From NCBI GenBank assembly GCA_025453395.1, contig JALOQK010000002.1, positions 410,509 through 474,508 on the forward strand: a DNA stretch of 64,000 nt. Direction: 5' to 3'. This DNA is from Candidatus Omnitrophota bacterium (GTDB taxonomy: Bacteria; Omnitrophota; Gorgyraeia; Gygaellales; Profunditerraquicolaceae). Position 1 is the first letter of the stretch, and each line of letters begins with the position of its first letter. Below, one piece after another: positions 1 to 9,019 of the stretch. The translations under genes and the position numbers were made by a program. The notes beneath the pieces are model-generated. The model saw only the letters and a list, made by a program, of their open reading frames with translations, was not told the DNA's origin and ran no database searches.

Positions 1-404
1 TAGCCGAATATGCCGGCACCCTTTTTAAGGCGGCTGAAACTTCTTAAACAATCCCCCAGCTTATCCCCATAAAAAACATTATCCCCTAAAATAAGGCACA
101 CACTGTCTTTGCCGATAAAATCCTCACCCATGATCAAGGAATGCGCTACGCCCCGGGGCTTATCCTGGACAGCGTAAGAAATATTGATCCCTAATTTGCT
201 TCCATCGCCAAGAAGATCACGAAACCTTGGAACATCTTCACGGGTAGAGATAAGAAGAATATCGCGTACCCCAGCAAGCATTAATACCGATAAAGGATAA
301 TAAACCATAGGCTTATCATAAACCGGTAAAAGCTGTTTACATACCGCGCGGGTAACCGGGTATAACCGCGTTGCCTTTCCGCCTGCCAAAATAATCCCTT
401 TCAT
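1..404 (-). CDS. rmlA: Glucose-1-phosphate thymidylyltransferase (RmlA/RfbA), N-terminal part; the gene runs off the window edge
   Basis: Manual reverse-strand translation gives [57 protein letters not shown]..., the canonical RmlA N-terminus with its G-x-G-T-R-L nucleotide-binding motif. A GGAG RBS lies upstream of the ATG at ~402-404. It is absent from the ORF track because it is truncated by the window. Confidence 0.8.
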   Translation of the reverse strand, partial: MKGIILAGGKATRLYPVTRAVCKQLLPVYDKPMVYYPLSVLMLAGVRDILLISTREDVPRFRDLLGDGSKLGINISYAVQDKPRGVAHSLIMGEDFIGKDSVCLILGDNVFYGDKLGDCLRSFSRLKKGAGIFG

Positions 405-613
405 AAAATTCTCCTTTATAATCTAAAATTATTACCCTTAATTTTACGGAATGGACGATTTTTTGTCATAGTTGATTTTCTTAAATATGCCATAAATTCT
501 AAATATACCTGCACAGGGTCATCAAGAAGATAACTAATGCCTTGTGATACTTTTAGGGCACCATTCCTAATTTTACTTGAACGCATTTTTATTAAATTGT
601 TAATATTCCTAAA

Positions 614-1681
614 TTAAATTATCCTTTTTAGCTCGCGCTGGTTTTCGCGTATCCAGGAAAATGTATCTTCAAATATCTGCGCAAGATTTTTAACCGCTCT
701 CCAGCCTAAATCAGCTTCTACGCGGGAATTATCCGTAAGGTATATTTTAATATCTCCCGGGCGGTCTTTTAATATAGAGCCGATATTGACTTTATTCTCT
801 GTGATCCTGGCGCAAGCAGAAGTTAATTCACGCAAAGACACCGAACAGTTTTTACCGCCGCCGGCATTATATATTTTACCATTTACTTTGTTGAAATTAC
901 GCATCTCTAAATCAATAAGGCCAAACAAATCATCCACATGCAAAATATCGCGCACCTGTTTACCCTGACCGCCAAAACCGATATAATTTAAATTACGCTT
1001 AAAATAATGCGCCAGCATCCAAAATGTCACTACGCCCTGATCCGCTTTACCAAACTGTCCCGGCCCAGCAACAACTCCGCAACGGTTAATTACTCCTCTT
1101 ATGCCATACATCTTAATATATTCAGTCAAAATAAGTTCCGAAGAAAGTTTTGTCGCGCCATATAAGGTTTTCGCGCCATCAAGCGGAAAATCAATATCTA
1201 TACCTTGCGAAGAAAACCCTCGCGCCTTTTGTCCTGCCAGCCATTCAAAGCGGCTGTCAGATTCTTTGGCCTTAAGCGCGTTAATTGCCTCATAAGGGTA
1301 AACCCGGCTTGTGGAGAGAAAAATTATATCCGCTTTATCTCTTCGCGCAAGCTCTAAGCAATTAACTGTCCCAACAAGATTGGTATTAATGATATATTTT
1401 GGATTATCCCCAAAACCCGCCAATACCGAAGGCTCGGCAGAACATTCAATTAGAAGTCCGATTTTATCTTTTAAGGCTAAATCCTCCGGACAGCGGATAT
1501 CCCCATGCATAAACTCAACGCCATGCGATTTAAGTATCGGAACATTTATTTCGCTTCCCCGCCTCTTAAAATTATCCAAAGCAATGATCTTTACTTTAGG
1601 ATATTTATCTTTAAGGCGCAAAGCAAGGCTGCTTCCAATAAATCCGGATCCGCCTGTTATTAAAATAGTCGAATAGCGCAT
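614..1681 (-). CDS. NAD-dependent epimerase/dehydratase of the extended SDR family, CDP-paratose 2-epimerase-like
   Basis: N-terminal Rossmann motif TGGSGFIGS. The central region (YGATKLSSE...GKADQGVVTFWM...GKQVRDILHVDD) resembles the RfbE/CDP-tyvelose epimerase family. Confidence 0.7.
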   Translation of the reverse strand: MRYSTILITGGSGFIGSSLALRLKDKYPKVKIIALDNFKRRGSEINVPILKSHGVEFMHGDIRCPEDLALKDKIGLLIECSAEPSVLAGFGDNPKYIINTNLVGTVNCLELARRDKADIIFLSTSRVYPYEAINALKAKESDSRFEWLAGQKARGFSSQGIDIDFPLDGAKTLYGATKLSSELILTEYIKMYGIRGVINRCGVVAGPGQFGKADQGVVTFWMLAHYFKRNLNYIGFGGQGKQVRDILHVDDLFGLIDLEMRNFNKVNGKIYNAGGGKNCSVSLRELTSACARITENKVNIGSILKDRPGDIKIYLTDNSRVEADLGWRAVKNLAQIFEDTFSWIRENQRELKRII

Positions 1682-2078
1682 TTTCAGCTATCAGCTTTCA
1701 GCTATCAGCTTTCAGCAAAGCTTTAATCTCTTTATGAAACCATAAAGCATTGCCGAAAGCTCATCGCATTGTGAATACTTCATAAGAAGAACGCAAAGCT
1801 ATATTAAGAAATCTTTTAAATTCTAAATCAGAACCTGAACCGCTACCTTCAGCTATATTAAGCGCTATTGACACAGACGCTCTTCTTATTTGAGAAGTCA
1901 AACCATAACATTCTGATTCTGGAAATTTACTGGTTTTTAAATACACCTGTTCAATAAAATCCATTGCCTTAGACCATACTTGTAGCTTTTTAAATTTCTG
2001 TATTTCCATCTTTATTGTTGTCTTTGTTTTAGCTGACAGCTGAAGGCTGATGGCTGATAGCTGAAAACTATTTTTTTA
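1682..2078. mobile_element. Palindromic cassette element, copy A. ~36-bp terminal inverted repeats built from t(a/t)tcagc heptamers flank a four-helix-bundle gene.
   Basis: The left arm at 1683-1716 is ttcagctatcagctttcagctatcagctttcagc. The right arm at 2030-2075 is its imperfect reverse complement (~31/36 identity). The whole ~400 bp is ~95% identical to 34104-34495. Confidence 0.65.
1761..2009 (-). CDS. Four-helix-bundle protein of the 23S rRNA intervening-sequence protein / Avd-like family, carried inside the repeat cassette
   Basis: The 82-aa product MEIQKFKKLQVWSKAMDFIEQVYLKTSKFPESECYGLTSQIRRASVSIALNIAEGSGSGS... matches the conserved family pattern (EDLxVWqkA...fpkxExYgLtsQirRAavSIpsNIAEG). 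It looks C-terminally shortened relative to typical ~115-aa members. Confidence 0.75.
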   Translation of the reverse strand: MEIQKFKKLQVWSKAMDFIEQVYLKTSKFPESECYGLTSQIRRASVSIALNIAEGSGSGSDLEFKRFLNIALRSSYEVFTMR

Positions 2079-3137
2079 ATCCAATATTTCTTTCTGCTTA
2101 TCATATATCTGACGAATAGTATCTTCTATATTATACTTATACTCCCACTTAGGATAATGCGATTTAAACTTAGAGACATCGCTTATCCACCAAATATGAT
2201 CCCCAATGCGGTTACGCGGGACATATTCATACTTCATCTTATTACCGGTTGTTTCCTGGCAAATATCAATTGCCTCCAGGACCGAAACATTGGCAAATCT
2301 GCTGCCTCCTATATTATACACTTCCCCCTGCCGCGGGTCTTTAAAAAAATGATAAAAGGCATTGACCAGATCATAAGAATGGATATTATCCCTGACCTGT
2401 TTGCCCTTATAACCAAAAATAGTATAACTTCTTCCGGTAATATTACAGCGCACCAAATAGGATAAAAATCCATGCAATTGGGCTCCGGAATGCGCGGGCC
2501 CGGTCAAACATCCGCCGCGGAAAACAGCCGTGCGCATGCCAAAATACCTGCCATATTCCTGGACCAAAACATCAGCAGATACTTTTGATGCGCCAAACAA
2601 GCTATGCAGACAGTTGTCTATACTCATTGACTCATCTATCCCGTTATAATATTTATGATTCTTAGGCAGCTCATAGCGCGTAGGTAATTCAATTAATTCT
2701 AGGCTATTCGGACGGTCGCCATATACTTTATTGGTAGAAGTAAAAATAAATACCGCCTTTGGGCAAAAAACGCGGGACGCCTCAAGCATAACCAACGTCC
2801 CGTTGGCATTAACCGTGAAATCAACCTCTGGTTCGCGCGCTGCCCAATCATGGGACGGCTGGGCCGCCGCATGCACAACAAGGGCGATACCCTTGGCGTA
2901 TTTCTTAAAGATTTTATCTATCGCTTTTTGATCGCGTATATCCACAGAATAATGCGTATACCCCTTGCAGGACTTTTCCAGCCTCTTTTTATTCCAAAGA
3001 ATGCTCCCGTCAGCGCCAAAGAAATATTTGCGCATATTATTATCAATCCCCACCACATCAAACTTCAACTTAGAAAAAAACTCTACCGCCTCTGAGCCAA
3101 TCAAACCGCATGAACCCGTAATAACCACTACCGCCAC
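2076..3137 (-). CDS. NAD-dependent epimerase/dehydratase (extended SDR)
   Basis: N-terminal [10 protein letters not shown] Rossmann motif, catalytic Y in a YGASK context, and an epimerase-like C-terminus. It is a second paralogue of the 614-1681 type. Confidence 0.7.
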   Translation of the reverse strand: MAVVVITGSCGLIGSEAVEFFSKLKFDVVGIDNNMRKYFFGADGSILWNKKRLEKSCKGYTHYSVDIRDQKAIDKIFKKYAKGIALVVHAAAQPSHDWAAREPEVDFTVNANGTLVMLEASRVFCPKAVFIFTSTNKVYGDRPNSLELIELPTRYELPKNHKYYNGIDESMSIDNCLHSLFGASKVSADVLVQEYGRYFGMRTAVFRGGCLTGPAHSGAQLHGFLSYLVRCNITGRSYTIFGYKGKQVRDNIHSYDLVNAFYHFFKDPRQGEVYNIGGSRFANVSVLEAIDICQETTGNKMKYEYVPRNRIGDHIWWISDVSKFKSHYPKWEYKYNIEDTIRQIYDKQKEILD

Positions 3138-3148
3138 TTTTTCCTCCT

Positions 3149-3409
3149 CTATTGCTTTATCCTGTATTTAAAATACAACGCGATTATAATAAAGATCGAC
3201 ACCAAAGTAAAACCATTGGCGCAAATAATTATAGCATTTTTAAGATGCAGCCCATACAGCAACCACAAAAAAACCCCGGCCATAAATTCCAAAAGCGTGA
3301 TAAGGCTTAAGTCGCGGCTTGATTGAGTGCGCACTACTTTTACAATCTGCGGCAAAAAAGCCGCGCTTGTCAAAACCGCCGCGGAAATGCCTACAATATC
3401 CCAAAACAT
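3149..3409 (-). CDS. SemiSWEET / PQ-loop (MtN3-like) small sugar transporter
   Basis: 86 aa with three predicted TM helices and a conserved PQ motif (FLPQIVKV) in TM1, consistent with a single 3-TM SemiSWEET unit. Confidence 0.6.
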   Translation of the reverse strand: MFWDIVGISAAVLTSAAFLPQIVKVVRTQSSRDLSLITLLEFMAGVFLWLLYGLHLKNAIIICANGFTLVSIFIIIALYFKYRIKQ

Positions 3410-3410
3410 T

Positions 3411-4874
3411 TTACCTCCTGAAATCGAATAAGTGGCCGAATATTTTTCGAGCTGCCCTTAAATAATACCTGAAATCATCAAAATCCTTTACCGAAGAAAG
3501 CTTACGCAATAAGAACTCGGAATCAAAAGATATATTATACATCCCCCTGACCAATTGCGCTATTTTCTTATCTGGAATATTGGTTTTCATCACAGGATGC
3601 TTCATATCATAATCATTCCAATCCAGGGTATGCAAAAGCTTTTCTTCACAGCAACAGCGGAAAAGCTCTGTGCCCGGATATGGAATAACTATCGTGGCCT
3701 GCATAGTATGGGCGTAGCCCTTCTTTAACAGATACTTGCCCAAGTCTAAAGTTTTTTGCGCGTCCTGGTAACTTTCCCAGGGATAGCCAAACATTATAGT
3801 AATATGCGGGAAAAGGCCTGCGCGGGTTGCGCTCTTGCAATCTTCTATAACCTGCTCTAGCTTGACCTTTTTCTTAAGCCTGTCCAAGGTATTCTGATTA
3901 GCGGATTCCAAGCCAAATAAAAGCAGGCGAAACCCAGCGTCTTTCATCATAACAAAATCATTATAAGAAAGCGCGCCAAAACGCATATTACAATCTAAAT
4001 AAATCTTGCGGCTTTGGTATTGCCTGTTTATTGCAAGGCGGCAAAAATCATCCAACCAATCTCCTGCAGGGAAACATCCGGTATCATCCATTATCTCGCG
4101 GATACGATATTTTTCCACCAACTGGTCAATTTCTTCTATAACGTTATCTGCGCTTCTGGCGCGAAAGGTTGGATACAAAGTAGGCCACGAACAAAAGGTG
4201 CATTCATGATGCCAGCAATCCCTTCCGGACATAATGTAAGTGCCGGGAACAGCTTTAAAATTTCCGTTTTTATAAGCATAAAGCTTGTAATCCGTCAAAT
4301 CCCTGTCTATAAAAGGCAAACTGTTCAGGTCGTGGTCCAATTCAAACTTGCCGCTATTTAAAATACTGCCGTTCTCGCGATAGTATATCCCCGGTTGAAG
4401 AGATGTTTTATCAAGATTCTTGAGGCAATCACATAGGTTAAGAAGCAGAAAATCATAATCGCCGCCAGTCAAAACAAAATCTACCCCTGAGTTCTCAAAA
4501 GATTCTTCCGGAAGCGCTGTCACATGATCTCCGCATAATACAAGCTTAGGCGCAGTTTTTCTCCACGGAAAAGCCTTGATCTGATTTATAATTTCCCAAT
4601 GCTGCCTGATAACAGGGGTTTTAGTCTCAAAAAGAATCAAATCCGGCTGAACAGCCTCTAAGAAAGTAAAATAAGAACCTGTATCCAAGCCGCAGGCAAT
4701 GCTGTCATTCCAGATAACCTGGTGCCCTGCTCTATGCAACAAAGTTGCCGCTTGCGCGGGAACTACCGGATAAATAAAAGTCGGCTCTTTAAAATACTGG
4801 AACTGGCGGTTTTGCCCCAATGTGGGAAAACCGCATTTGTTCTGTAACGGCGGATAGGAAATAATTATCTTCAT
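3411..4874 (-). CDS. B12-binding-domain radical SAM protein (class B radical SAM), putative sugar C-methyltransferase or modifier
   Basis: N-terminal cobalamin-binding-like domain followed by a radical-SAM core. The Cys cluster reads C-W-H-H-E-C-T-F-C, i.e. Cx4Cx2C rather than the canonical Cx3Cx2C (verified on the DNA). Confidence 0.65.
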   Translation of the reverse strand: MKIIISYPPLQNKCGFPTLGQNRQFQYFKEPTFIYPVVPAQAATLLHRAGHQVIWNDSIACGLDTGSYFTFLEAVQPDLILFETKTPVIRQHWEIINQIKAFPWRKTAPKLVLCGDHVTALPEESFENSGVDFVLTGGDYDFLLLNLCDCLKNLDKTSLQPGIYYRENGSILNSGKFELDHDLNSLPFIDRDLTDYKLYAYKNGNFKAVPGTYIMSGRDCWHHECTFCSWPTLYPTFRARSADNVIEEIDQLVEKYRIREIMDDTGCFPAGDWLDDFCRLAINRQYQSRKIYLDCNMRFGALSYNDFVMMKDAGFRLLLFGLESANQNTLDRLKKKVKLEQVIEDCKSATRAGLFPHITIMFGYPWESYQDAQKTLDLGKYLLKKGYAHTMQATIVIPYPGTELFRCCCEEKLLHTLDWNDYDMKHPVMKTNIPDKKIAQLVRGMYNISFDSEFLLRKLSSVKDFDDFRYYLRAARKIFGHLFDFRR

Positions 4875-5839
4875 TTTGCTTCTCTTAAACTAGATGAAAA
4901 AAGCCCTTTTATGAAATATATGCCGTAACAAATATGGGTAGATATTATGCCTAAGAAAACCATAAGTATTAAATTTAACCTTCTCGAAGCTAAAATACTA
5001 AACACTGCGACAATGTGTAAATAGACTAATACCGGGATAAGATAAATGAATAAAAACTGATGGGAAAAAAGTGAAACCGCTGAGCCAAAAATAAGAAAAA
5101 CAACAAAAAGGCTTGGGATAAAATAGGCAAGCCTTAAGGAATTTCCCGGGTAACGCTTGACAAAATAACCTCTGTGCGTTGCATAACTTAATATCTGATG
5201 CAGATGCGCGGTAAAAAGCGGCCTTCTATGGTGATAGACTAATGCCCCAGGATCATATAATATCTTCTTGCCTAATCTTTGAGTGATATCCAGGCAAAGC
5301 TTTGTATCCTCTCCCGGCCAGAAATCCGTGTCAAAACCGCCTAATTCCTCCATGATTTCTTTTCTAACCAGGAAATTACAACTTGGATAATCATCAACAA
5401 AGAATTTTTTCTTAACTGGAATATAGCGGTAAACATATTTTCCGCTTACTGCAAGCGAAGAATACACCAGGCCGCTTGCTTTTTTAGGATAAGAATCTGA
5501 ATCAGGAGTAACTGCCGGCCCCCCTACCGCGGCAACATTCGGATCACTAAAATCAAGAACAGCGTTTTTAAGCCAATCTTTTGCCGGATACGCGTCATCG
5601 TCAAGAAAAGCCAATATCTCGCCCTTAGCGTGTTTTAATCCAATATCTCTTTTCTTCGCCGGGTTGGTATTTCCGGTGGGGATGATCTTGACGTTAACCA
5701 TAACAAAAGGCAAAACAAAGCTTTCGTCAGGCAGGATAATGATTTCATAATCCTTGAAATCCAATTGCCCGCACTTAACGACGCATTCTTCTAAATTCTT
5801 TTGCCAGGTTTTTACGGCGATAATAATGGATACGGTCAT
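4871..5839 (-). CDS. Family 2 glycosyltransferase with C-terminal transmembrane segments
   Basis: GT-A fold start (VSIIIAVKTW), DxD-like LDDDAY motif and a hydrophobic C-terminal tail. Confidence 0.7.
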   Translation of the reverse strand: MTVSIIIAVKTWQKNLEECVVKCGQLDFKDYEIIILPDESFVLPFVMVNVKIIPTGNTNPAKKRDIGLKHAKGEILAFLDDDAYPAKDWLKNAVLDFSDPNVAAVGGPAVTPDSDSYPKKASGLVYSSLAVSGKYVYRYIPVKKKFFVDDYPSCNFLVRKEIMEELGGFDTDFWPGEDTKLCLDITQRLGKKILYDPGALVYHHRRPLFTAHLHQILSYATHRGYFVKRYPGNSLRLAYFIPSLFVVFLIFGSAVSLFSHQFLFIYLIPVLVYLHIVAVFSILASRRLNLILMVFLGIISTHICYGIYFIKGLFSSSLREAK

Positions 5840-6569
5840 AGTATTTAAGAATTTTCATCCTGTAGAAAACCGCTAAGGTGTCCCACAGGGTTACCCAAAT
5901 TGATTCGGGATTAACTACCCCAAACTTTATCTGCGGGCTTACCACTATCGGAGCATCAGCGATCTTATAGCCTAAATGATGGATATTAACCAGTAATTCA
6001 ATATCAAAAGCAAATTTCTTGACTAGTAATCTGGGGAAAACGCGGCGCAAGACTTCTGTCTTGAAAAGTTTCAGGCCCGTCTGGGTATCGCGGCAAGGAA
6101 GGCCAAAAAGCATTTTCACCAAAGAATAATAAACACTGCTGACAAGCTTCCTATGCCAGGGATAATCCACTTTGGAATTAGGATGCATCTTTGAGCCAAT
6201 TACCACATCTGCGTTATCAAGGCGCATAATATCAAATAAGGTGTTTATCTGCGCCGGATGCAAATCCAGGTCAGCATCCAGGAAAACTGTGTAATCGCCC
6301 TTGACAAGACGGATCGCCTGCCTCAACGCCCTTCCTTTTCCGATATTACGGGGATTTTTCCTTACAATCACCTTGCCCGGATATTTAGGCGCGGCAAGGC
6401 TTGCCTGTTCAAAGGTATTATCAACAGAGCCGTCATCAACAACAATTAACTCCCAAGGGCATCCGGTATCCTGCATAGTGCGGCAAGTTTCTTCAATGCT
6501 TAAGGCAATGCGGCTGGCCTCATTAAAAGCCGGCATAATTACGGAAATTTTTTCTTTTATATCCTTCAT
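5775..6569 (-). CDS. Family 2 glycosyltransferase, polyprenyl-phosphate sugar synthase (GtrB/DPM1/ArnC-like)
   Basis: ISVIMPAFNEA...VVDDGSVDNT...DADL motifs typical of dolichyl/undecaprenyl-phosphate glycosyltransferases. Its 3' end overlaps the next gene by 65 nt. Confidence 0.75.
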   Translation of the reverse strand: MKDIKEKISVIMPAFNEASRIALSIEETCRTMQDTGCPWELIVVDDGSVDNTFEQASLAAPKYPGKVIVRKNPRNIGKGRALRQAIRLVKGDYTVFLDADLDLHPAQINTLFDIMRLDNADVVIGSKMHPNSKVDYPWHRKLVSSVYYSLVKMLFGLPCRDTQTGLKLFKTEVLRRVFPRLLVKKFAFDIELLVNIHHLGYKIADAPIVVSPQIKFGVVNPESIWVTLWDTLAVFYRMKILKYYDRIHYYRRKNLAKEFRRMRR

Positions 6570-7816
6570 CTGGGAATGCCTTTTTTAAAGCCTAAGAACA
6601 TGAAGATCAAGAAAAGCGCAAAAGAATTAACGCACATGATAAGCTGGACCTGAAAAAGAGCTGTATGGAATAAAGATATAAGCGCCAGTTGCAAAACAGC
6701 TGCTAAGAAGAAATACTTCAAGAAACGAAAATCGCTTATGGAAAGAAAATAATAAAATAATATTGAGCATAAGGTAAAGAAACTCATAGAAACGCTGAAC
6801 ATCCTGCCCAAAAATACCGCTTCCGGCATAGCCTTTCCGGTTAGGACTTTCAAAGTAAATACCGGGAATAGATTATAGAAAATGGCGGCGCATAAGACTA
6901 AAAATCCGGCATAAAGCAGGCCCCTTCTTAGAAAATGATGGGTTTGCATATTTTTGGAACTTAAGCTGCTTGTTTTAGGGAATATTACCGTTGCCACAGC
7001 CGCGGGAAGAAATAAAAAGATCTTACCCACCATCTGGTAGACCGCGTATATTCCGGACTCTTGCGCGGAAAAGAAATATTTTACAAGTATCATATCCGCG
7101 TTAATAAGCATCATATACACAAAAGAAGCCGCCATAACCGGAAAAATAAAGGTTATTTTCCTGTTAAAATCCACATCCTGCCGGACATAGGGGGCGAAAA
7201 TAATATTTCGCAATGGAATAACAGATAAAATAACAATTGCCGCGCTTGAAATCAAAAAAGCCATAAAAGCCCCCGGAATGCCCAGGCCTATTTTAATAAG
7301 AAAAACCGCGCAGGCAAGTTTTAAAATATGGCTTGCCGCTAATATAAAACTTAGCCATTTAAAAGCCTCGATCCCCTGCACTCCCCCAGAAACAACCGGG
7401 ACCACCCAAGACAAAGCAAATAATATCGCCAAAAGATAAGCAGAATAAGGTGAATCTATTTTTAATTTATCCAGCATAAAAACTGAAAAAACGTAAAATA
7501 ATACAAGACTTATTATGCCCATCCAGGTAGTCCGCCTGATAAATTCCTGAAGGAAATACCTTAATTTAGCAAGATCATTGCCAGAACGATAACTAGCGCA
7601 GAATTTAGCTGATACAACTTGGAGATTGGCTAAGGGGGCGGAAAGTATCATCACAAAAGAAAGAAGGGCGTTAAAAGAAGCAAAATCAATAGGGGTGAAT
7701 GAATGGGCTATAAATAGCTGGAAGAGCAAATTGCAGATATTGACCAAAGTAGCGCCAAAGAAAACAACAAGGATGTTTTTTAGGAAGTCATCACTTTGGT
7801 TTATTTTAGCTGTCAT
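6566..7816 (-). CDS. Polysaccharide biosynthesis / oligosaccharide flippase (Wzx, MOP superfamily)
   Basis: 416 aa, ~12 predicted TM helices, located inside a glycan-synthesis gene block. Confidence 0.65.
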   Translation of the reverse strand: MTAKINQSDDFLKNILVVFFGATLVNICNLLFQLFIAHSFTPIDFASFNALLSFVMILSAPLANLQVVSAKFCASYRSGNDLAKLRYFLQEFIRRTTWMGIISLVLFYVFSVFMLDKLKIDSPYSAYLLAILFALSWVVPVVSGGVQGIEAFKWLSFILAASHILKLACAVFLIKIGLGIPGAFMAFLISSAAIVILSVIPLRNIIFAPYVRQDVDFNRKITFIFPVMAASFVYMMLINADMILVKYFFSAQESGIYAVYQMVGKIFLFLPAAVATVIFPKTSSLSSKNMQTHHFLRRGLLYAGFLVLCAAIFYNLFPVFTLKVLTGKAMPEAVFLGRMFSVSMSFFTLCSILFYYFLSISDFRFLKYFFLAAVLQLALISLFHTALFQVQLIMCVNSFALFLIFMFLGFKKGIPR

Positions 7817-8991
7817 TAAGGCTTAATTTTAAGTTGCAGAAATTTGCGCTTGCCGGCTTTTAATACGCCAGCTTGCTTGATTAAAACATCATCTTTCTGG
7901 ATCTTTGTTTCGTTTAATGAAACTGCTCCTTGCTCGATAAGCCGGCGCGCTTCGTTGCGGCTTGACGCAAGGTTATTTTTCATTAAAATCTCTATAATAT
8001 TCTCCCCTTCAGGCAAGATAATATACACTGACAAGTCATCGGGTGTTTCCTTATTGGAAAACACACGCTGAAATTGCTCTTTTGAAGACAAAGCTGTATC
8101 CTTGCCATGATAATCCGCAACAATAGTTTGAGCAAGCACTAGCTTTGCCTCTTTGGGATGCATCTTTTTTACTTCTGCTAAATCAATATCAGTTAGAAGC
8201 GTGTAATACTTGAGCATCAATTCATCGGAAATAGACATTATTTTACCAAACATATCAAAAGGCTTTTCGCTTATGCCGATATAGTTTCCGTAAGACTTGC
8301 TCATCTTTTGCACGCCGTCGGTGCCCTCTAACAACGGCATAGTAATAACTACCTGCTGGGGCATGGAAAAATCATTCTGCATATCACGGCCCACCAAAAG
8401 ATTAAAGATCTGGTCTGTGCCGCCTAATTCCACATCCGCCTCTAACTTCACTGAATCATAACCTTGCAGAAGAGGATACATAAATTCCAATAAGCTTATA
8501 TCCTCTTTCTTGTCCATACGTTTCTTAAAATCAGCTCTGGCCAGCATTTGTGATACCGTAGCATGAGTAGTCAGGTTTAGAATATCCACAACCGGCATTT
8601 TTTCGAACCAGTGGCTGTTAAAAACAATCTTTGCCTTATCCATATCCAGGATCTTAGACACCTGCTTTTTGTAAGTGGCGGCATTAGCCAAAACCTCATC
8701 GCTTGTTAATTGCTTACGTACAGCGGATCTTCCGGTGGGGTCTCCGATACGCGCGGTAAAATCTCCGATCAGAAAATACACAACATGGCCTAAATCCTGA
8801 AATTGACGCAATTTCCTCAATAATACCGTATGGCCAATATGTATATCCGGGGCGGTAGGGTCAAAACCCGCCTTTATATTAAGCGGCTTCTTGTTCTTGA
8901 TGCTCTGCTCTATTTTCTTTACCAATTGCTCTTCGGAAATAATATTGACCGCCCCGCGTTTTATTACTTCCATCTGTTTTTTAACGTCCAT
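7816..8991 (-). CDS. tyrS: Tyrosine--tRNA ligase
   Basis: HIGH motif (PDIHIGHTV), KMSKS motif and a C-terminal S4-like domain. The start is trimmed to the internal MDVKKQ, which is preceded by GGGGGG and avoids overlap with rpsA. Confidence 0.9.
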   Translation of the reverse strand: MDVKKQMEVIKRGAVNIISEEQLVKKIEQSIKNKKPLNIKAGFDPTAPDIHIGHTVLLRKLRQFQDLGHVVYFLIGDFTARIGDPTGRSAVRKQLTSDEVLANAATYKKQVSKILDMDKAKIVFNSHWFEKMPVVDILNLTTHATVSQMLARADFKKRMDKKEDISLLEFMYPLLQGYDSVKLEADVELGGTDQIFNLLVGRDMQNDFSMPQQVVITMPLLEGTDGVQKMSKSYGNYIGISEKPFDMFGKIMSISDELMLKYYTLLTDIDLAEVKKMHPKEAKLVLAQTIVADYHGKDTALSSKEQFQRVFSNKETPDDLSVYIILPEGENIIEILMKNNLASSRNEARRLIEQGAVSLNETKIQKDDVLIKQAGVLKAGKRKFLQLKIKP

Positions 8992-9019
8992 ATCGGATCC
9001 CCCCGTAACAAACCTCTTT

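Noticed and set aside
1761-2009. Diversity-generating retroelement (the four-helix-bundle protein resembles Avd)
   Set aside because: No reverse transcriptase ORF and no template/variable repeat pair are found near either copy. The family also includes non-DGR 23S IVS proteins, so a DGR is not supported.
1761-2009. Genuine 23S rRNA intervening sequence
   Set aside because: The flanking DNA encodes SDR sugar-nucleotide enzymes on the same strand. No rRNA-like sequence is present anywhere in the window.
1682-2078. Could the heptamer repeats be a CRISPR array?
   Set aside because: The repeat units are 7 bp and directly tandem, with no unique spacers of regular length. They form inverted arms around a gene, not a repeat-spacer array. 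No cas genes are present.
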